This document shows, piece after piece, positions 29,008-32,000 of a DNA stretch of 32,000 nt (position 1 is the stretch's first letter; each line of letters opens with the position of its first letter). This stretch comes from Patescibacteria group bacterium (lineage in GTDB: Bacteria; Patescibacteriota; UBA1384; XYA2-FULL-43-10). The stretch spans positions 120,001 to 152,000 of the forward strand of contig JBAYVT010000001.1 in NCBI GenBank assembly GCA_041674405.1, given 5' to 3'. The notes under the pieces are model-generated. The model did not search any database. It saw nothing but the letters and a program-made list of their open reading frames with translations, and was not told where the DNA came from. The position numbers and the translations under genes were made by a program.

Positions 29008-32000
29008 TTATTTAATCCTCGAGATTCCGATCCAAATTTTCTCACCGTCGATACAGAATTCTTCTGAACCTTCCGGGTTTTCGATTTTTCCGTCAGTGCT
29101 TTCTTTCGCTAGTACTTCTTTGGCAATAATTTCCGACATTGATTTCATCACTTTTTTCAATACCTCTCCCGATGTAGCGTAATTTACAACTATCCTGTTC
29201 TCAACTTCAAACCCGGACTTTTTGCGTAGCGATTGGATGTTGCGGATGAGTTCCCTGGCAACACCTTCGGTTTTTAATTCGTCAGTTAATACCGTATCAA
29301 GCTCGACGCCTGTCTCCCCTACTCCGGAATTCTTATCTCCTTCGTCAATATGAATATCTCGTGCGTCGACATAAACTACTTTTTTCACATTTACTTCTTC
29401 AGCAATGATTGTTTCCAAATCTTCAGACAATTTTTTACCGGAATATTTTAGAAGAGCTAAAGGCTGGCGAACTTTTATTCCCGCTTCCGATCTTTTGGCT
29501 AAGCCAGCTTCAACAATCTGCCGTGTTTCTGCCATCTCATCCAGAACAGAAAGATCAAATTCTTCCGGTGCGGGGAAATCGGCCAAGTGTACCGATTCCG
29601 GATCACTTTCTTGCTTTAGGCCCTGATACACGGTTTCGGCGAACATCGGAGTAAACGGCGCCAAGAGTTTCGATAAGCCGATCAAAACTTCATACAAAGT
29701 ATGATATGCCGATTCTTTATCGCTGTCAGACTCCGATTTCCAAAATCTGCGGCGTGAGCGGCGGACATACCAAGTAGAAAGTTCGTTTATAAAATCAAGA
29801 ATCGTATTTGCCGGTCTGTAGGTATCATAGTTATCCAATGATTCGGTGATGGTTTCGGTAAGTTCGTTAAACTTCGCAAGGATCCATTTGTCTAGAATGT
29901 TTGTAGCTTCTGTTTTTCCGCTCGGCTTCCAACCGTCGATTGATGCGTACATAGAAAAGAATGAATAAACATTCCAAAGCGTGATAAATAGGTTGCGGGA
30001 AACAGACAAAACTTCTTTTTCTGAAAAAAGCTTCGGCTCACCGGGCTGATTCACAGAATAAAGGAAGAAGCGGACGACATCGGCGCCAACTTTCTCAAAT
30101 TCAGCCATCGGCTCGACAATGTTTCCCTTCGACTTCGACATTTTTTGCCCTTTTTCGTCTAGAATATGTCCTGTCGAGATAACATTTTTAAAACAAGAAT
30201 TATTTTTTACAATCGTCGAGATCGCGAGAAGCGTGTAAAACCAGCCTCGGGTTTGATCGATCGCTTCGCAAATGAAATCAGCCGGGTACTGCTCAGCAAA
30301 GAGTTCGCTGTTTTCGAATGGATAGTGATATTGGGCGTATGGCATGGAGCCGGAATCGAACCAGACATCCATCACTTCTGGAGTTCGTTTCATCGTTCCG
30401 CCGCATTTGCAGGTGAATTCAACCTCATCAACAAATGGTTTGTGAGGATCGAAGGCAGTACCGTCAGAATTTAGATAAAATTTATGAGATAATTCATGAT
30501 CAGGGCGTTCGTGTTGGAAGTATCCAGAATAATCCAAGTTCCCTAAAATCATGTTCAATGCACCATTAATGGCCCCGTGTGCAACAATAACGATTGTCTT
30601 ACCAGGATATTCTTTTCCAATCTTGGCTAAAAATTCTTTGACCCTTTCTACAACATCAGCTCTCGTTTCCCCCGTGGTGCCAAGCTTAAAATTAAATCTT
30701 TGTTCAGGAATTTTCTCAGTCACCAAATAATCTTGAAAATCTTTCCTGTCAAGTCTTTGTTCGGGTGTAAGCTCATTCCATTCGCCGGAGTCCAGCTCAA
30801 TGATTCTGTCGTCGAATATCAATTCCGCATCTACATGTTTCTTAACGATTTCTGCGGATTGCTTTGCTCTCAACACCGGAGAAGATATTATTATGTCAAC
30901 TTTGTCCTTTATTTTTTTTGCGGTTGTTTCCACCTGAGTCACACCCTTCTCTGTAAGAGGCCATTTATCAAGCGCTTTTGAATCAATATCAAGAATGTTT
31001 CTCTCCGTTTCACCGTGTCGGACAAAGATCAATTTCGTTACCTTAGTATTGCTCTCGTTGAAATCCATAAAATTGCCAACGACTTTTTTCTCGTCACACT
31101 TGTCGCAAGTCCAGACCGGGAGCGGCGTCCCCCAATATCTGTCACGGGAAATTGCCCAGTCATTGATATTTTCGAGCCAATTGCCAAAACGGCCGTGCTT
31201 TAAGTAGGCTGGGTTCCAGTTGATTGTCTCATTATTTTCAAGAAGCTCATCTCGAAGTTTCGACATCGCGATATACCAAGAATCCTTGGCAAAGTAGAGA
31301 AGCGGTGAGTCACAACGCCAGCAGAACGGATAATCATGGGCGAACATCTCTTTTTTAAATAATATTCCACGTTTTTCAAGATCGAGTTTCACTTCTTTGT
31401 CGGCGTCTTTGACAAAGCTTCCTTTGCCAGCGCCGGCAAGCTCCGTCCCCTTTTCATCAACGGTCTTTAAAACCTTGATGCCGTTCTTGCGAAAACCAAA
31501 TTCGTAATCATCCTCACCAAATGCCGGGGCAATGTGGACGATGCCGGTGCCGTCTGAATCGGTGACAAAATCGGCGACAATCAGCTTGTAAACTTTCTCT
31601 CCACCTTCAGAAAATTTATCTCCGTCCGGATAAATCGCTTCGTAATCCGGTTTGTCGGTGAAAGATGGGGCAGCAATTTCCGAACCGGTCAGCTCTTTAA
31701 TGACATTTGCACCAGGCAAAACGGCATCGAGACGGCTTTGCGCAAGTATATACTTCTCTCCGTCTTTTTCTGCCAAAACGTATTTGATATTCGGGCCAAA
31801 TGCTAGAGCGGCGTTGCCTGCGAGCGTCCAAGGCGTTGTCGTCCAGACAAGAAAATACGCATCTTCATGATTTGATTTAACCTTGATATAGACTGATTCC
31901 TCTTCAACATTCTTGTATCCCTGGGCAACCTCATGAGAAGATAACGCCGTACCGCAGCGCGGGCAATATGGCACGACTTTGTGGCCCCTGTAAAGCAAAC
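29008..32000 (-). CDS. ileS: Isoleucine--tRNA ligase, type 2 (5' end outside window), carrying an inserted domain
   Basis: It shows LYRGHKVVPYCPRCGTALSSHEV. The editing-domain motifs are WTTTPWTLAGNAA and GTGIVHIAPAFGEDDYE. Further motifs are FCWRCDSPL, WAISRDRYWGTPLPVW, DQTRGWFYTL and KMSKSKGN. The 'M' at 31998 in the ORF track is an internal TTG Leu (..GLLYRG..), so the gene continues beyond nt 32000. Confidence 0.95.
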   Translation of the reverse strand, partial: LLYRGHKVVPYCPRCGTALSSHEVAQGYKNVEEESVYIKVKSNHEDAYFLVWTTTPWTLAGNAALAFGPNIKYVLAEKDGEKYILAQSRLDAVLPGANVIKELTGSEIAAPSFTDKPDYEAIYPDGDKFSEGGEKVYKLIVADFVTDSDGTGIVHIAPAFGEDDYEFGFRKNGIKVLKTVDEKGTELAGAGKGSFVKDADKEVKLDLEKRGILFKKEMFAHDYPFCWRCDSPLLYFAKDSWYIAMSKLRDELLENNETINWNPAYLKHGRFGNWLENINDWAISRDRYWGTPLPVWTCDKCDEKKVVGNFMDFNESNTKVTKLIFVRHGETERNILDIDSKALDKWPLTEKGVTQVETTAKKIKDKVDIIISSPVLRAKQSAEIVKKHVDAELIFDDRIIELDSGEWNELTPEQRLDRKDFQDYLVTEKIPEQRFNFKLGTTGETRADVVERVKEFLAKIGKEYPGKTIVIVAHGAINGALNMILGNLDYSGYFQHERPDHELSHKFYLNSDGTAFDPHKPFVDEVEFTCKCGGTMKRTPEVMDVWFDSGSMPYAQYHYPFENSELFAEQYPADFICEAIDQTRGWFYTLLAISTIVKNNSCFKNVISTGHILDEKGQKMSKSKGNIVEPMAEFEKVGADVVRFFLYSVNQPGEPKLFSEKEVLSVSRNLFITLWNVYSFFSMYASIDGWKPSGKTEATNILDKWILAKFNELTETITESLDNYDTYRPANTILDFINELSTWYVRRSRRRFWKSESDSDKESAYHTLYEVLIGLSKLLAPFTPMFAETVYQGLKQESDPESVHLADFPAPEEFDLSVLDEMAETRQIVEAGLAKRSEAGIKVRQPLALLKYSGKKLSEDLETIIAEEVNVKKVVYVDARDIHIDEGDKNSGVGETGVELDTVLTDELKTEGVARELIRNIQSLRKKSGFEVENRIVVNYATSGEVLKKVMKSMSEIIAKEVLAKESTDGKIENPEGSEEFCIDGEKIWIGISRIK
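30454..31047 (-). other. Histidine-phosphatase domain inserted within IleRS (residues ~318-515 of the listed ORF)
   Basis: The segment VTKLIFVRHGETERN...SSPVLRAKQSAE...IVIVAHGAINGALN lies between the knuckle WTCDKCDE and the motif DPHKPFVDEVEFTCKCGGTMKRTPEVMDVWFDSG. It is in frame and has no stops. Confidence 0.8.

Noticed and set aside
30454-31047. The IleRS insert as an intein or a misassembled/frameshifted neighbouring gene.
   Set aside because: There are no intein splice motifs: no Cys/Ser/Thr at the N-junction with a terminal His-Asn plus Cys/Ser/Thr. The insert is in frame with clean IleRS sequence on both sides, and it carries histidine-phosphatase catalytic motifs instead. Misassembly cannot be fully excluded without reads.
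1-32000. CRISPR arrays, IS elements, prophage genes and alternative genetic code (UGA recoding as in some candidate phyla).
   Set aside because: I saw no regularly spaced repeats and no transposase, integrase or phage-like ORFs. All conserved genes are uninterrupted under the standard bacterial code. TGA is used as a genuine stop at two ATGA overlaps (1769-1772, 25124-25127).

Overview
This is a 32-kb, AT-rich bacterial chromosomal segment: hand counts give about 35% GC in a typical coding line and 20% in intergenic lines. I call 35 CDS, 31 of them on the minus strand, and many junctions are 0-4 nt gaps or ATGA overlaps. The window holds four gene groups. (a) tRNA-centred housekeeping genes: ileS (5'-truncated by the window edge), queA, queH, tsaB, tsaE, grpE. 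(b) The recombination set yebC-ruvC ... ruvA ... ruvB. (c) DNA-uptake and envelope genes: a two-ORF ComEC, a secreted lamin-tail/OB-fold protein, an LCP protein, a parvulin PPIase, a PIG-L deacetylase and several small membrane proteins. (d) An 8-gene sugar cassette: GalT-like, BshA-like GT4, GT2, two GT4, two APH/CotS-like kinases and PMM/PGM. The reduced, polycistronic gene style and this gene set suggest a small-genome lineage such as CPR/Patescibacteria, but that is inference only. I saw no rRNA, canonical tRNA, CRISPR array, transposase or integrase. The most notable observations are: (1) a complete histidine-phosphatase domain embedded in the catalytic core of IleRS, followed in the same tight operon by a GNAT and a free-standing histidine-phosphatase paralogue. 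(2) A 75-nt tRNA-like RNA with acceptor stem, D-like arm, T arm and encoded CCA but no anticodon arm, followed by a structured repeat-containing spacer and an RNHCP zinc-ribbon gene. (3) A roughly 450-nt island of about 55% GC at 194-640 that I cannot assign to any known RNA or protein family, preceded by an attenuator-like leader. (4) The normally contiguous ruvCAB set is interrupted by the 8.7-kb sugar/kinase cassette and by a methyltransferase-cupin fusion. All calls come from reading the sequence and ORF track by eye; no searches were run.
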